Shown here: positions 8,140-16,858 of the stretch, in pieces
Layout: each line of letters opens with the position of its first letter
How positions within the stretch are numbered: position 1 is the stretch's first letter
NCBI GenBank assembly: GCA_964452145.1
Contig: CAYVLA010000058.1
Span: 1 to 19,715 of the forward strand
DNA from: Candidatus Hadarchaeota archaeon
Lineage (GTDB): Archaea > CAYQAE01 > CAYVLA01
Direction of reading: 5' to 3'
DNA: 19,715 bases
Program-made: the position numbers and the translations under genes
Notes under the pieces: generated by a model
Database searches by the model: none
The model's input: the letters and a program-made list of their open reading frames with translations, nothing else
Told to the model about the DNA's origin: nothing

Positions 8140-9279
8140 ATGGTGAGAGGAGGAATTCCTGTAAGGGCCACCGGTAGGCTTACCCGGCGAAGATTGGCAA
8201 CCCGGCTTTGGGCGCTTCTCCTCGCTATGATCCTCCTTTGTGCGGCGGCGACCGGTGCATCTCTGATGTCGTGGGGCATGCTCGTACTGGAGAGAGAGAA
8301 GTCGGCGAATCTCTCCCGGCAATTCGCGGCCTTGGGAGAGGTGGTTGCGGATCTATCCGACGAGCTGTTCGATTCACAGGAAGCAGTGGTGAGACTGTCT
8401 CGAGAATTGGCAGAGGCACGAGAAACCTCAGCAACCCTCTCCCAAGAGCTTTCCGAATCACAGGAAGCGGTGGCAAGCCTGTCAGAGCGCCTGGCCGAGT
8501 CGCAGCAAGCATTGGCAAGAGAGACCGACCATGTCAAGGCACATGCAGCGCTGCTCGAGAACTACCAGCAACTTGTCCGAAGCTACCAAGAGCAGATCCT
8601 CAAGATCAACTTGACGACCAATGCGACGCCCGTCTCCCCGGTTACGAAGAGCGCGTGGCTGATCGCCCCCGCCGTCGTGGCAGAGACTGTCGGACCCTTC
8701 CAAGTGCAGTACAGGGGCATAGCGACCAACTTGAGCTTGGAGATGGTTCCCGGCAAGGGAAGGGTTCTTGTCAATACGAAGCCCCTCATGGGCGAGGTGT
8801 TTCAGGACACCGCTGTTCTGGCCAAGGAGACGGCGGAGCAACTCTCCGGCATGAGCCTTGCGGACCGCGATCTGATCTTCTCGATCAAATCACCGGTCGA
8901 GATTCCGGCGGTGGATGGCCCGAGCGCCGGGGCGGCGATGTGTCTACTGGTCCTGTCCCTTGTTGAGGGCAGATCCCTGGAGCCGGGCATTGCCTTGACG
9001 GGAACCATTCGCTCCGATGGCACGATCGGCGCGATCGGAGGTCTCTTGGAGAAGGCCCACGCTGCGAAAGACGCGGGTTCGACCATCCTCGCAGTCCCAC
9101 TCGAAAACTCACAGATGACCATCTACAAGACGGAGCAGGTCACAGTGGGGCGCCGGGTGTACAACGTACTGGTGCCCGTCCAAGTATCCACAAAGGAGTA
9201 CCTAGAGACCAATGTCGGAATCCAGGTCGAACTTGTCGGAGACATGCAGGATCTGCTTCGCATCTCCGGCATGCCATAG
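8140..9279 (+). CDS. Membrane-anchored S16 (Lon proteolytic domain) serine protease without AAA+ module
   Basis: N-terminal basic segment + TM (LWALLLAMILLCAAATG), coiled coil, then GKGRVLV...VDGPSAGAAM (catalytic Ser) and LTGTIRSDGTIGAIGGLLEKAHAA (catalytic Lys). Start uncertain: ATG 8140 preferred, ORF open from 8035. Confidence 0.88.
   Translation: MVRGGIPVRATGRLTRRRLATRLWALLLAMILLCAAATGASLMSWGMLVLEREKSANLSRQFAALGEVVADLSDELFDSQEAVVRLSRELAEARETSATLSQELSESQEAVASLSERLAESQQALARETDHVKAHAALLENYQQLVRSYQEQILKINLTTNATPVSPVTKSAWLIAPAVVAETVGPFQVQYRGIATNLSLEMVPGKGRVLVNTKPLMGEVFQDTAVLAKETAEQLSGMSLADRDLIFSIKSPVEIPAVDGPSAGAAMCLLVLSLVEGRSLEPGIALTGTIRSDGTIGAIGGLLEKAHAAKDAGSTILAVPLENSQMTIYKTEQVTVGRRVYNVLVPVQVSTKEYLETNVGIQVELVGDMQDLLRISGMP
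8353..8505 (+). repeat. Internal 84-nt (28-aa) duplication in coiled coil
   Basis: GATTCACAGGAAGCAGTGG at 8371 vs GAATCACAGGAAGCGGTGG at 8455. Protein LSDELFDSQEAVVRLSRELAE vs LSQELSESQEAVASLSERLAE. Confidence 0.7.
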
Positions 9280-9623
9280 AGGTTATGACCCTCGGGGCCG
9301 GTGGCCCAGAGCCTCCCTGGCTCAAAGGCCGCGGCGGGGAAACGGCCGGAGCCCGTGAAGCGGAGTCCTTGAGACCGGAGAGCCAACCCACTGATTCGGC
9401 CTTCAGGTGCAGCGTCATCCCGTCCGATCCGACGATTCCCGTGCGCTCTTCCGGTTCATCCGATTCTACCCCGTGCATCATCATCCGTATGCTCTTCGCC
9501 TCTGGGAGGCTACGGAGTCCCCTCCTAGCACAACCCCCACCTGTGATGCTGATTGGATCCAAATGCAGCTTGCCGCTCTTCCATGCATCCGTATGTATCC
9601 GGGGGCCGGTCCTCGGATGCTCC

Positions 9624-11039
9624 TCAGATGGTAGGATGGTGATCCGGGTTCGCTGGGCAACGATCAAGTCCACGAGACGTAGGCGGCCCCGCTGCCCTTT
9701 GCTCATCTTGATGGCTTCGCTGCCCAGTGCTCCTCCCGGTTAAGGGGGGCGACAGAATGGATTCGCCCAAGGAAGCTATGTACATCACCATCCAGGGCAC
9801 CAAGGGGAAGTGAAAACGGCTGATCCCGATGGTCACCAAGCACACAAACGTGAAGTATCCGATGACAGCTAGACCGATCGCCGGAGGTGCTGAGTTTCGA
9901 CGTCTGGGACCCATGAAGACGATCACAAGGTAAGCAAGAAAAGCAAAGATGATGCAGAGGTAGTAGTTCTGGGCGAGGCCGGTGAACCACCAGAGGAATA
10001 TCTCCATGCCCGGCCCGATTCTCTCCAGACCCTTCGCATTCCACGTGACCCCTTCGACATCCTCGTTGTAAGTGTAATACAGCTTCGCCGGCCACAGACC
10101 GATGGTGCGGACAGGATTCCTAAGCGCGTAGTCTACTGCGTATCTGCTGGCCTGCACATCCCTGGAACGCTCATCCAACGTCGGGCCCAGGAGGTGTTCC
10201 AAGTCCTCGATGGGGATGTAGGTGCCATTTGCATGCGGATTGTTTCCGATGAAGAGTGTGACCCCGCCGTTGTTTGATATGTAGAACAGGTCACCGAACA
10301 CAACGTAGTTCCTGGCGATCCACGGCGAAATCGTTCCGAGAATCGTTGCGTAGACGATCAGCACGCTCCCTCCGAGCCTCAACATGGAGACATGTCGCGT
10401 CCCCCGAAGATGAAGCATCGTAATCAACAGGAGGGGTACCGGGAGAACCTGCGGCTTCACCAAACATGCAAGCCCGAAGGCGGCCCCGGCAGCGATCGCC
10501 GCACGCGGCCTTGGAGGGCAGCCCAGCACCATCCAGACACCCACCAGCAGCAATAGCAGGAAGAGGCATTCGGTGGAGAGGAGTGAGCCATAGGCGATCT
10601 GGTTCGGATGGAAGGCCAGCACGAGCAGGGTGAGCCTCCCCGTCAGTTCGGACGAGAACACATTCCTGGCGATGAGGTATGAGAGGATGAGGATGCCGAT
10701 GTGCATCAACACGTTCGCCAGCTTGGCTGCGATCAGATGGGGCCCGAACGCGTAGAAGACCAGACCGAGGAAGGCGGGATACCCGACCGGCCAGTAAGCG
10801 GTCGGGCTGCCGCCAACAGCAAAGCCCCCTCCGCCGGCGATCTCCAACCCACGTTGGTAGTACCAGCCGAAATCGCTGACCGGCACCGACGGCACAAGTC
10901 CGACCCATAAGAGCCGGACAACAAGGGAGGTGAGAAGACAGAGAGGGACGAAACGCCCGGATCGTAGGATGCCTGACAACCATGATGCCGGTCTTGCCAG
11001 CAAGCCCGCTGCTCCTTGGAGGGCGATCATGCCCTGCAA
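9624..11039 (-). CDS. GT-C fold glycosyltransferase (GT39/ArnT/PMT_2-like)
   Basis: Polytopic membrane protein. Motifs VSDFGWY, TAYWPVGYPAFL, LLSTECLF, GLACLVKP, PWIARNY, GNNPHANG, SRFHFPL. Start TTG 11039 or ATG 11030. Confidence 0.85.
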   Translation of the reverse strand: MQGMIALQGAAGLLARPASWLSGILRSGRFVPLCLLTSLVVRLLWVGLVPSVPVSDFGWYYQRGLEIAGGGGFAVGGSPTAYWPVGYPAFLGLVFYAFGPHLIAAKLANVLMHIGILILSYLIARNVFSSELTGRLTLLVLAFHPNQIAYGSLLSTECLFLLLLLVGVWMVLGCPPRPRAAIAAGAAFGLACLVKPQVLPVPLLLITMLHLRGTRHVSMLRLGGSVLIVYATILGTISPWIARNYVVFGDLFYISNNGGVTLFIGNNPHANGTYIPIEDLEHLLGPTLDERSRDVQASRYAVDYALRNPVRTIGLWPAKLYYTYNEDVEGVTWNAKGLERIGPGMEIFLWWFTGLAQNYYLCIIFAFLAYLVIVFMGPRRRNSAPPAIGLAVIGYFTFVCLVTIGISRFHFPLVPWMVMYIASLGESILSPPLTGRSTGQRSHQDEQRAAGPPTSRGLDRCPANPDHHPTI

Positions 11040-11102
11040 CCTCTCGCGACCGATCCTCCTTTCAAGCAGTCCTTGAAGCGTATTTCGGCTGTAAGCCTGG
11101 TT

Positions 11103-11243
11103 ATGGAGGTTGTTATCGACAAACAGGCACGGGTTGTGATTCCGAAGGAAATCAGGGAGAGATACGGCCTGTCTGTCGAAGGCAGGCTGGGGCTTGTCCC
11201 CCGCGAGGAACCTCAGACCTCTTCCCGGCTCTATCGCGGATAG
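11103..11243 (+). CDS. AbrB/MazE/SpoVT family DNA-binding protein, short or truncated
   Basis: MEVVIDKQARVVIPKEIRERYGL matches the AbrB signature (xDxxGRVVIPKEIRxxxGL) with G->A. Only 46 aa and the C-terminus diverges. Confidence 0.65.
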   Translation: MEVVIDKQARVVIPKEIRERYGLSVEGRLGLVPREEPQTSSRLYRG

Positions 11244-11331
11244 CTGCCCGTGAAGATGACTGTGGGGTTGGTGTCAGTGCCTTGCGACTTGCGGCAGCAC
11301 GGTAGACGATTCTCGAGCTGTGCGGTTACAC

Positions 11332-11338
11332 TTAAATA
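11332..11338 (+). promoter_or_regulatory. Archaeal TATA box, leaderless TA operon
   Basis: TTAAATA 23-29 nt upstream of ATG 11361, in an AT-rich patch within GC-rich DNA. Confidence 0.6.
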
Positions 11339-11360
11339 CGTTCATTACCATTGAATACAA

Positions 11361-11894
11361 ATGCGGGTCGTCAAGCTGGACGCATGCTCAGCGATCTATG
11401 CTGCGAGGTGCAGCCTCATCGATATCCTCAATCAGGTCTACGACCAGGTGATGATGACGAAGGCGGTATACAGAGAGGCCGTCGAGCGAGGCAAGGTGGA
11501 TAACCACGCCGATGCCTACGTTCTGGAACAAGCCATACAGGACGGCAGGATCTCGGTTCTTGAGATCCAGCCCCCGGACAGGGAAGCGATCAGGAGAATG
11601 CCCCTTCTGGGAAAACTTGGAAAGGGAGAGGGCGAGACGATATACGAGGCTCTGAGAGAGGGATGCGTGGCCATCCTTGACGATCGCGATTCCCGGACCG
11701 CCGCTTCAACCCTGAAAGTCCCCCATCAGAGTAGCGTCTCGCTGTTGGTCGAGGCCCTTCTTGGGGGAAGACTGACGGCATCGGAGTTTGACCGGTATCT
11801 AGAGAGGCTTGCCGCGGCCGCCGGGATTCCCGCCGACAGGGTCCACGAGGCAAGACGCATTGCCAGGATGAGCAGGGGAGGATCCGATGCTTGA
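11361..11894 (+). CDS. PIN-domain protein (DUF3368/COG2405-like, putative toxin)
   Basis: PIN acidic residues present: VKLDAC, KAVYRE, LGKGEGETI, ILDDRDSR. Overlaps the downstream gene by 8 nt. Confidence 0.82.
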   Translation: MRVVKLDACSAIYAARCSLIDILNQVYDQVMMTKAVYREAVERGKVDNHADAYVLEQAIQDGRISVLEIQPPDREAIRRMPLLGKLGKGEGETIYEALREGCVAILDDRDSRTAASTLKVPHQSSVSLLVEALLGGRLTASEFDRYLERLAAAAGIPADRVHEARRIARMSRGGSDA

Positions 11895-12234
11895 ATCCGT
11901 GGTGACGGTACGGATAGAAAAGAGGTTGGTCAAGGAGATCGACGAGATCGCGAAGAAGGAGAGAAGCGACAGGGCCGCAGTGCTGCGGAGGATCATTTCC
12001 GACGCGTTGGATCGCCACAGGCTGAGGATGGCCATCCAGATGTACAAGGACGGCAAGATAACCACCGAAAGAGCAGCACAAATGGCTGAAGTCTCAATCC
12101 ATGAGATGATCGAGTCACTTCGACGGGAAGGCGTGCCCAACCAGCTCACCACGCAGGATATCAGACAGGACGCGGCGAGCCTTCTGAGGAGGATGGGCAA
12201 AGCCGAGCTTGCCGATAGGATCGAGCAAGGCTAG
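11887..12234 (+). CDS. RHH + UPF0175 family protein (putative antitoxin)
   Basis: N-terminal ribbon-helix-helix (VVTVRIEKRLVKEIDEIAKKERSDRAAVLR) and UPF0175 motif (AIQMYKDGKITTERAAQMAEVS). GGAGG SD upstream. Confidence 0.85.
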   Translation: MLESVVTVRIEKRLVKEIDEIAKKERSDRAAVLRRIISDALDRHRLRMAIQMYKDGKITTERAAQMAEVSIHEMIESLRREGVPNQLTTQDIRQDAASLLRRMGKAELADRIEQG

Positions 12235-13289
12235 TGCATTCGTTCCCGCCAATACCCCTTTGAACGCGACGGCCACATTGCACGGCGAGCGCACAGATGG
12301 TCAGGTCGGGTGCACGCCCTGCACCAGGGTGGTACGACAACTGGGACCCCCGCATGCGAAGGTGAGGTTCCCGGATCCCTCCAATGCCGGCCACGATCCC
12401 TTCTTCAGCACGAGCACGTTCCTGGTCCCCGGGCTTCGGTTTCCCGATCACTTCCAACGTCATATGGTCGTTGGCCAACCACATCGCCCCCTACCTGTAT
12501 GCGTCTACCCGGTCTCAACCCCTTCCAGAGCCGGGATGGACTGCATCGCAGAATGTCCGCTCGAGGAGAACTTCGAAGATGAACATGGTAACTACATGGC
12601 GAGAACGGGAGGTTCCTGCCAAAGCACGGTGGGTGATGCATCCCACAGTCCCGGTTCAGCCTAAGCGATGTCGCACTCTACACATCCTTCCTGACGGCAA
12701 GGCGGATATCGGCGATTCCTTGAATGGTAGGACCCCGTCTATGTTCAGGATCTCCCGCTCTGGGATCCTGATTCATCGTAGTCCATCAGGGTGATCTTGG
12801 CCTTGCCCGGTCGTGCCTCACCTTCGCGGGGCCCGACGGCGGCTCCTCACTGTTCTTCGGGGGGTTGTACTGCGCTGACATCGTGATCACCTAGAACCGG
12901 AAGAATTCAGAGTGCCCACGACATCTGAAGATGCAAGCCCCATCCCAACAGCTGCAAGGAGCAACGACAACACCACGAAGAAGAGCAACCGATCTCCTCT
13001 TGGAGAACTTGATTGGCTTTCATGGCCAGTCTGTTCAACTCGGATCGTCGGGGAATGGGAAGATGTCTCCGCCTTCCCGCCCTGCTGTTCAGGAACTCCT
13101 GTTTCCCGATGCGGTTTCACCCGGCAGATCCCTTGCCCCCAAGACCCACACCACGGCGCTTCGCCCCCGATCACGACAACGTTTGGGCCATGCCTCTACC
13201 ATGGTCCGGGGCAGATGGCGGGAATGCACACATAAGAGCCGGCTTGCGAGTGTCTGACCCGGGAGAGTAGCCAACTGCGAACCGAAGCA

Positions 13290-14339
13290 ATGACCCCGAG
13301 GGAGCGTTGGCTGGCAGTCCTCCAACGCAAGAAGCCCGACCGTGTCCCCATGGAGCACTGGGCCACGGGCGAGGCAAACGACAGACTCGTCGAGTACCTG
13401 GGCTGCGGGGACATGGATGAGGCGCTGGAGACCTTGCATGTGGACCGAGTTGCCAGCGTCGGCGGCAGATACGTCGGGCCAAGACTCCCGAAAGGCCAAG
13501 ACGTGTACGGCTGCCGTCTCATAAAGGTCAGGTATGCCACGGGGATGTATGAAGAGGTCGTCCACAGTCCACTTGCAGAGTACGACAGCGTACGGGAGAT
13601 TAGGGACAACTACGAGTGGCCGGATCCTGACTGGTGGGACTACTCTGACGTGGAGAGGCAGGCGGAGGGAAAACAAGATCTCCCGATCCGGGCCGGCGGC
13701 TGTTGGATCCTGATGTATTTCCAAAGGCTCCGGGGCCAGTGGCAGAGTTATGTGGATCTCATCCGCCACCCGGAGATAGTGGAATACTGCCTAGACGAAC
13801 TCCTAGACATTGCACTCGAGGACACCCGGAGGATCTACGAACGGATACCTGGGCAGGTGATGATGACCCAGGTTGCTGAGGACCTGGGACACCAGTCCGG
13901 GCTCCTGATCCCCCCGGCCCAGATCAGGAGGTTCGTCATCCCCCGGGTGAAGAAGATCATCGACATCGCCCATGAGGAAGGCGCGTTTGTGTTCCACCAC
14001 GACGATGGGGCAATACGCGAGATACTCCCAGACATGATCAAAGCCGGAATCGATATCCTCAACCCCGTACAGTGGCGATGCAGGGGTATGGAGAGGGTAG
14101 GCCTGAAGAGGGATTTCGGGGACAAGCTCGTCTTCCACGGGGCGATGGACAACCAGCATACCCTCCCCTTCGGCTCCGTGGCGGACGTCGAGAGGGAGGT
14201 TGTCGAGAACATCCGAATCCTCGGAAGGGGCGGCGGCTACATTCTTGCCCCCTGCCACAACATACAGGCCAACACGCCACCGGAGAACGTGGTGGCGATG
14301 TACAGGAAGGGGTACGAGGAGGGTCTCAGGGCTCGGTAG
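13290..14339 (+). CDS. Uroporphyrinogen decarboxylase/MtaA-CmuA superfamily protein (second paralog)
   Basis: MTPRERWLAVLQRKKPDRVP, YEWPDPDWWDYS, AEDLGHQ, FHHDDG, GIDILNPVQ, FHGAMDNQHTLPFG, GGYILAPCHNIQ. Confidence 0.9.
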   Translation: MTPRERWLAVLQRKKPDRVPMEHWATGEANDRLVEYLGCGDMDEALETLHVDRVASVGGRYVGPRLPKGQDVYGCRLIKVRYATGMYEEVVHSPLAEYDSVREIRDNYEWPDPDWWDYSDVERQAEGKQDLPIRAGGCWILMYFQRLRGQWQSYVDLIRHPEIVEYCLDELLDIALEDTRRIYERIPGQVMMTQVAEDLGHQSGLLIPPAQIRRFVIPRVKKIIDIAHEEGAFVFHHDDGAIREILPDMIKAGIDILNPVQWRCRGMERVGLKRDFGDKLVFHGAMDNQHTLPFGSVADVEREVVENIRILGRGGGYILAPCHNIQANTPPENVVAMYRKGYEEGLRAR

Positions 14340-14517
14340 AAGGAGCAAGTCCAGTGCGATTGCGGCCTCAGCCCGGCAGGGAACAGAGAAAGCCACACCA
14401 AGGGATAACCCCATCGAGAGATCCGACCGGCAACCTGCAATGTCACCAGCACAACCCAGCTAGACAGGCGGGAGAAGTGTGAGATATAAGAGGTCGTGTT
14501 GATCGCCACTGCCTGAA

Positions 14518-15408
14518 TTGGCGGGCCGAGTTCACTATGCTGATAACGGCATGAGGGGGAGGCCGTTCCGCACCAACCCGAAGCTCATCAGGAGCGGGCT
14601 TGCCTCTGATGAGTTCGGGGAGATGACGCCGGTCCTATTCCAGGACAAGCTTTGCCTCCTCGGCAGCGCCAACGAGAGGGCGGAGGCCAATCCGTACGGT
14701 AATCGTTGCCTGTGGGTGGAGGACGTGGCCACGGGGAATGTGATCTCAACTTTTGCTGAAGGATATGGGCTTGGCAGTGCGTTCGTCGATGGCGACACGT
14801 TCTACGCGTTCGCCATACCCAACGACAGTCGCGGGGCGCAAAGGATCGACTGTTTCAGGACTACTGATTTCCGCTCTTGGGAATGTCACACGGTGCTCGA
14901 GGCTCTCAAGGGAGAAGAACTGTTCAACGAGAGCATGTGCGCGGCCGACGGCCGATGCGTCATGGCATATGAAAGCCGGGATGCCCGCTACCCGCCCTTC
15001 ACCATCTACTTTGCGGAATCCGCCGATCTGGTCACGTGGCGAAGGATTCCCGGCTGCGTTTATGGAACGGACCGATACACCGCATGCCCGACGATCAGAT
15101 ACGTCGGCGGCATGTACTACATGATGTACTTGGAGCATCTGAAGCCGCGCTGGTGGTTTGAGACCTTCCTGACACGTTCCCGTGATCTGGTCCACTGGGA
15201 GCAGAGCCCAAGGAATCCGGTGCTCGATCCCGAGGGGGTGGAGGACATCAATACCAGCGATGTCGACATCGTGGAATACTCAGACAGATCTCGTGGGCCG
15301 TGCGCTCGGGTGTATTATGCCACCGGGGATCAAAGGACCTGGGGCACGGTAACATGGGCCGAGTTTGAAGGCACACTGGAGCAGTTCTTCAAATGGTACT
15401 ATCCTTGA
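14518..15408 (+). CDS. Five-bladed beta-propeller glycoside-hydrolase-like protein (GH32/43/130-like fold)
   Basis: Asp-box-like repeats TTDFRSW, SADLVTW, SRDLVHW; ACPTIRY, SPRNPVL, NTSDVD. ATATAA box at 14484-14489 supports TTG 14518 (alternative ATG 14551). Confidence 0.75.
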   Translation: MAGRVHYADNGMRGRPFRTNPKLIRSGLASDEFGEMTPVLFQDKLCLLGSANERAEANPYGNRCLWVEDVATGNVISTFAEGYGLGSAFVDGDTFYAFAIPNDSRGAQRIDCFRTTDFRSWECHTVLEALKGEELFNESMCAADGRCVMAYESRDARYPPFTIYFAESADLVTWRRIPGCVYGTDRYTACPTIRYVGGMYYMMYLEHLKPRWWFETFLTRSRDLVHWEQSPRNPVLDPEGVEDINTSDVDIVEYSDRSRGPCARVYYATGDQRTWGTVTWAEFEGTLEQFFKWYYP

Positions 15409-15587
15409 TCGCCAGGTCGTGGACATGCCTGGATGGAGCCACATGATTGTTTCCGCCTGCATTGGGGGGCGTTGCCCTCTTCTCCGTGAGAGATGGCACC
15501 GCTATCGCCGTTGGGCGGTGACTCGGATGGGGAGACTAGTATCAATCATCTCGGACGCCCTGCCTGACCACAGTCAACATGACAGGG

Positions 15588-16061
15588 CTATTCACCAACG
15601 GCCCTCTTGTACGCCTCGTCCTTAGAGTAGTCGAACGATGCGATACGTTCAGGCCTGACTACCATCTCTACCCACCTGCTCAGTCCCAGGAGACCCTTGG
15701 CGTAGCTCTCAGCCCTATCCTTGGGTATGTATTTTTCGCACAGGTGTGTGAACTCGCCCAGTGTGAGATCAGTTGCCTCCAGTTCAGCCTTGCCATAAAC
15801 CGTCACGCCCTTGGGCCATGCCCCGCGGGTCTCGGAGTCGTCTATCAGGACGGTGACGTTCTTGTTGCGCCTCACGTTCCTAGCTTTGCGGCTGGTAGCG
15901 GGAGTTGCTATCACAATCTGCCCATCCATGTAGGTGTACCACACGGGGACGGCGTGTATCGTCCCGTCCGCGTTCAGGCTACAGAACCTAGCAACCTTGG
16001 CCTTCTCGATGAACGACTCGATCTCCTGCTTCGTTAGGTGAGGGGACTGGGTGTATGCCAC
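15588..16061 (-). CDS. Pyridoxamine 5'-phosphate oxidase family / PPOX-class (flavin or F420-binding split barrel)
   Basis: LTKQEIESFI..AKVARFCSLNADGTIHAVPVWY, SRKARNVRRNKNVTVLID, GVTVYGKAE, VRPERIASFDY. Start GTG 16061 preferred; ORF open to 16124. Confidence 0.88.
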   Translation of the reverse strand: MAYTQSPHLTKQEIESFIEKAKVARFCSLNADGTIHAVPVWYTYMDGQIVIATPATSRKARNVRRNKNVTVLIDDSETRGAWPKGVTVYGKAELEATDLTLGEFTHLCEKYIPKDRAESYAKGLLGLSRWVEMVVRPERIASFDYSKDEAYKRAVGE

Positions 16062-16196
16062 TTTCTCACTGCCACCTTCTACATGTTCGCTGGCGTATTT
16101 CAACCTTTTGCGATCTGCGACCAACTCATGTCCGTCTGTGAATGATCAAAGGAGACCGGGGTTTTCTGAGATCAGGACCCTTGTGGCGGTCGATGC

Positions 16197-16615
16197 TCAA
16201 GTCGTGGCCCCGTTCGTCATCCCCCGATATGCTGGGCAACCCATCTGTCCCTCCTTGCAGTATCTGCAGTAGATCCTTGGTCTCGGGCATAATCCTGGGA
16301 CTACCGACGCAATCACGTAGATGATGACGAGGGCCAGGGACAGCCAGGAGAATCCTGAGACACCCAAGGTGACGGCCAGCGTGTCCATGCCGGAGAAGCA
16401 TCGCCTCCCGTAGTAGTAGCAGAACCTGCAACGAAGGTGCATGCTCAGGAAGAATGCGAAGACGACCAGAACCTGGTAGGCCATGGGCACGGGTGGCTTA
16501 AGAGCAAGAGGATCCATGTCCCGTATGCATGCGATAGGACGCCCAGCAGGTTCGACAGGATCACGGTCCGGGATGGGTAGCTTTCGTGGCAGGTGTGGAC
16601 TTCCACGTCCGCCAC
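16197..16615 (-). pseudogene. Frameshifted Cys-motif membrane protein
   Basis: One frame from GTG 16615/16606 reads VEVHTCHESYPSRTVILSNLLGVLSHAYGTWILLLLS. It shifts near 16495 into ..MAYQVLVVFAFFLSMHLRCRFCYYYGRRCFSG..TM..IYCRYCKEGQMGCPAY. Confidence 0.6.
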
Positions 16616-16858
16616 CGCCCTTATCGCGTCACTTAGATGGCATCGCTCGGGACTTCACGGGCGTCTCGATTTCGCCCTTCGACTGGGCCACCCTGCCGCT
16701 CGTATGGCATTCCCACGGGATTTGCGTTGACCGACCCGTACACCCGATGGCCTGGAACAACGGCCCCGGGCGCCGGCTGGAACCGGAGTTGGCATATTGG
16801 CCGCAATCCCAGCAGCTTTTTCAACCGTCCGGCGGGTAGCAGTAGGCGAGGTTCCGAT

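Noticed and set aside
9140..9743. ORFs 9140-9706 (-) and 9285-9743 (+)
   Set aside because: Overlap real genes, are Pro/Ser/Arg-rich as expected for GC-rich shadow ORFs, and match no family I recognise.
16637..16858. N-terminal extension of the 257-aa DPSL ORF
   Set aside because: DPSL homology starts at MAKVA (16859), and a TATA-like box lies inside the extension.
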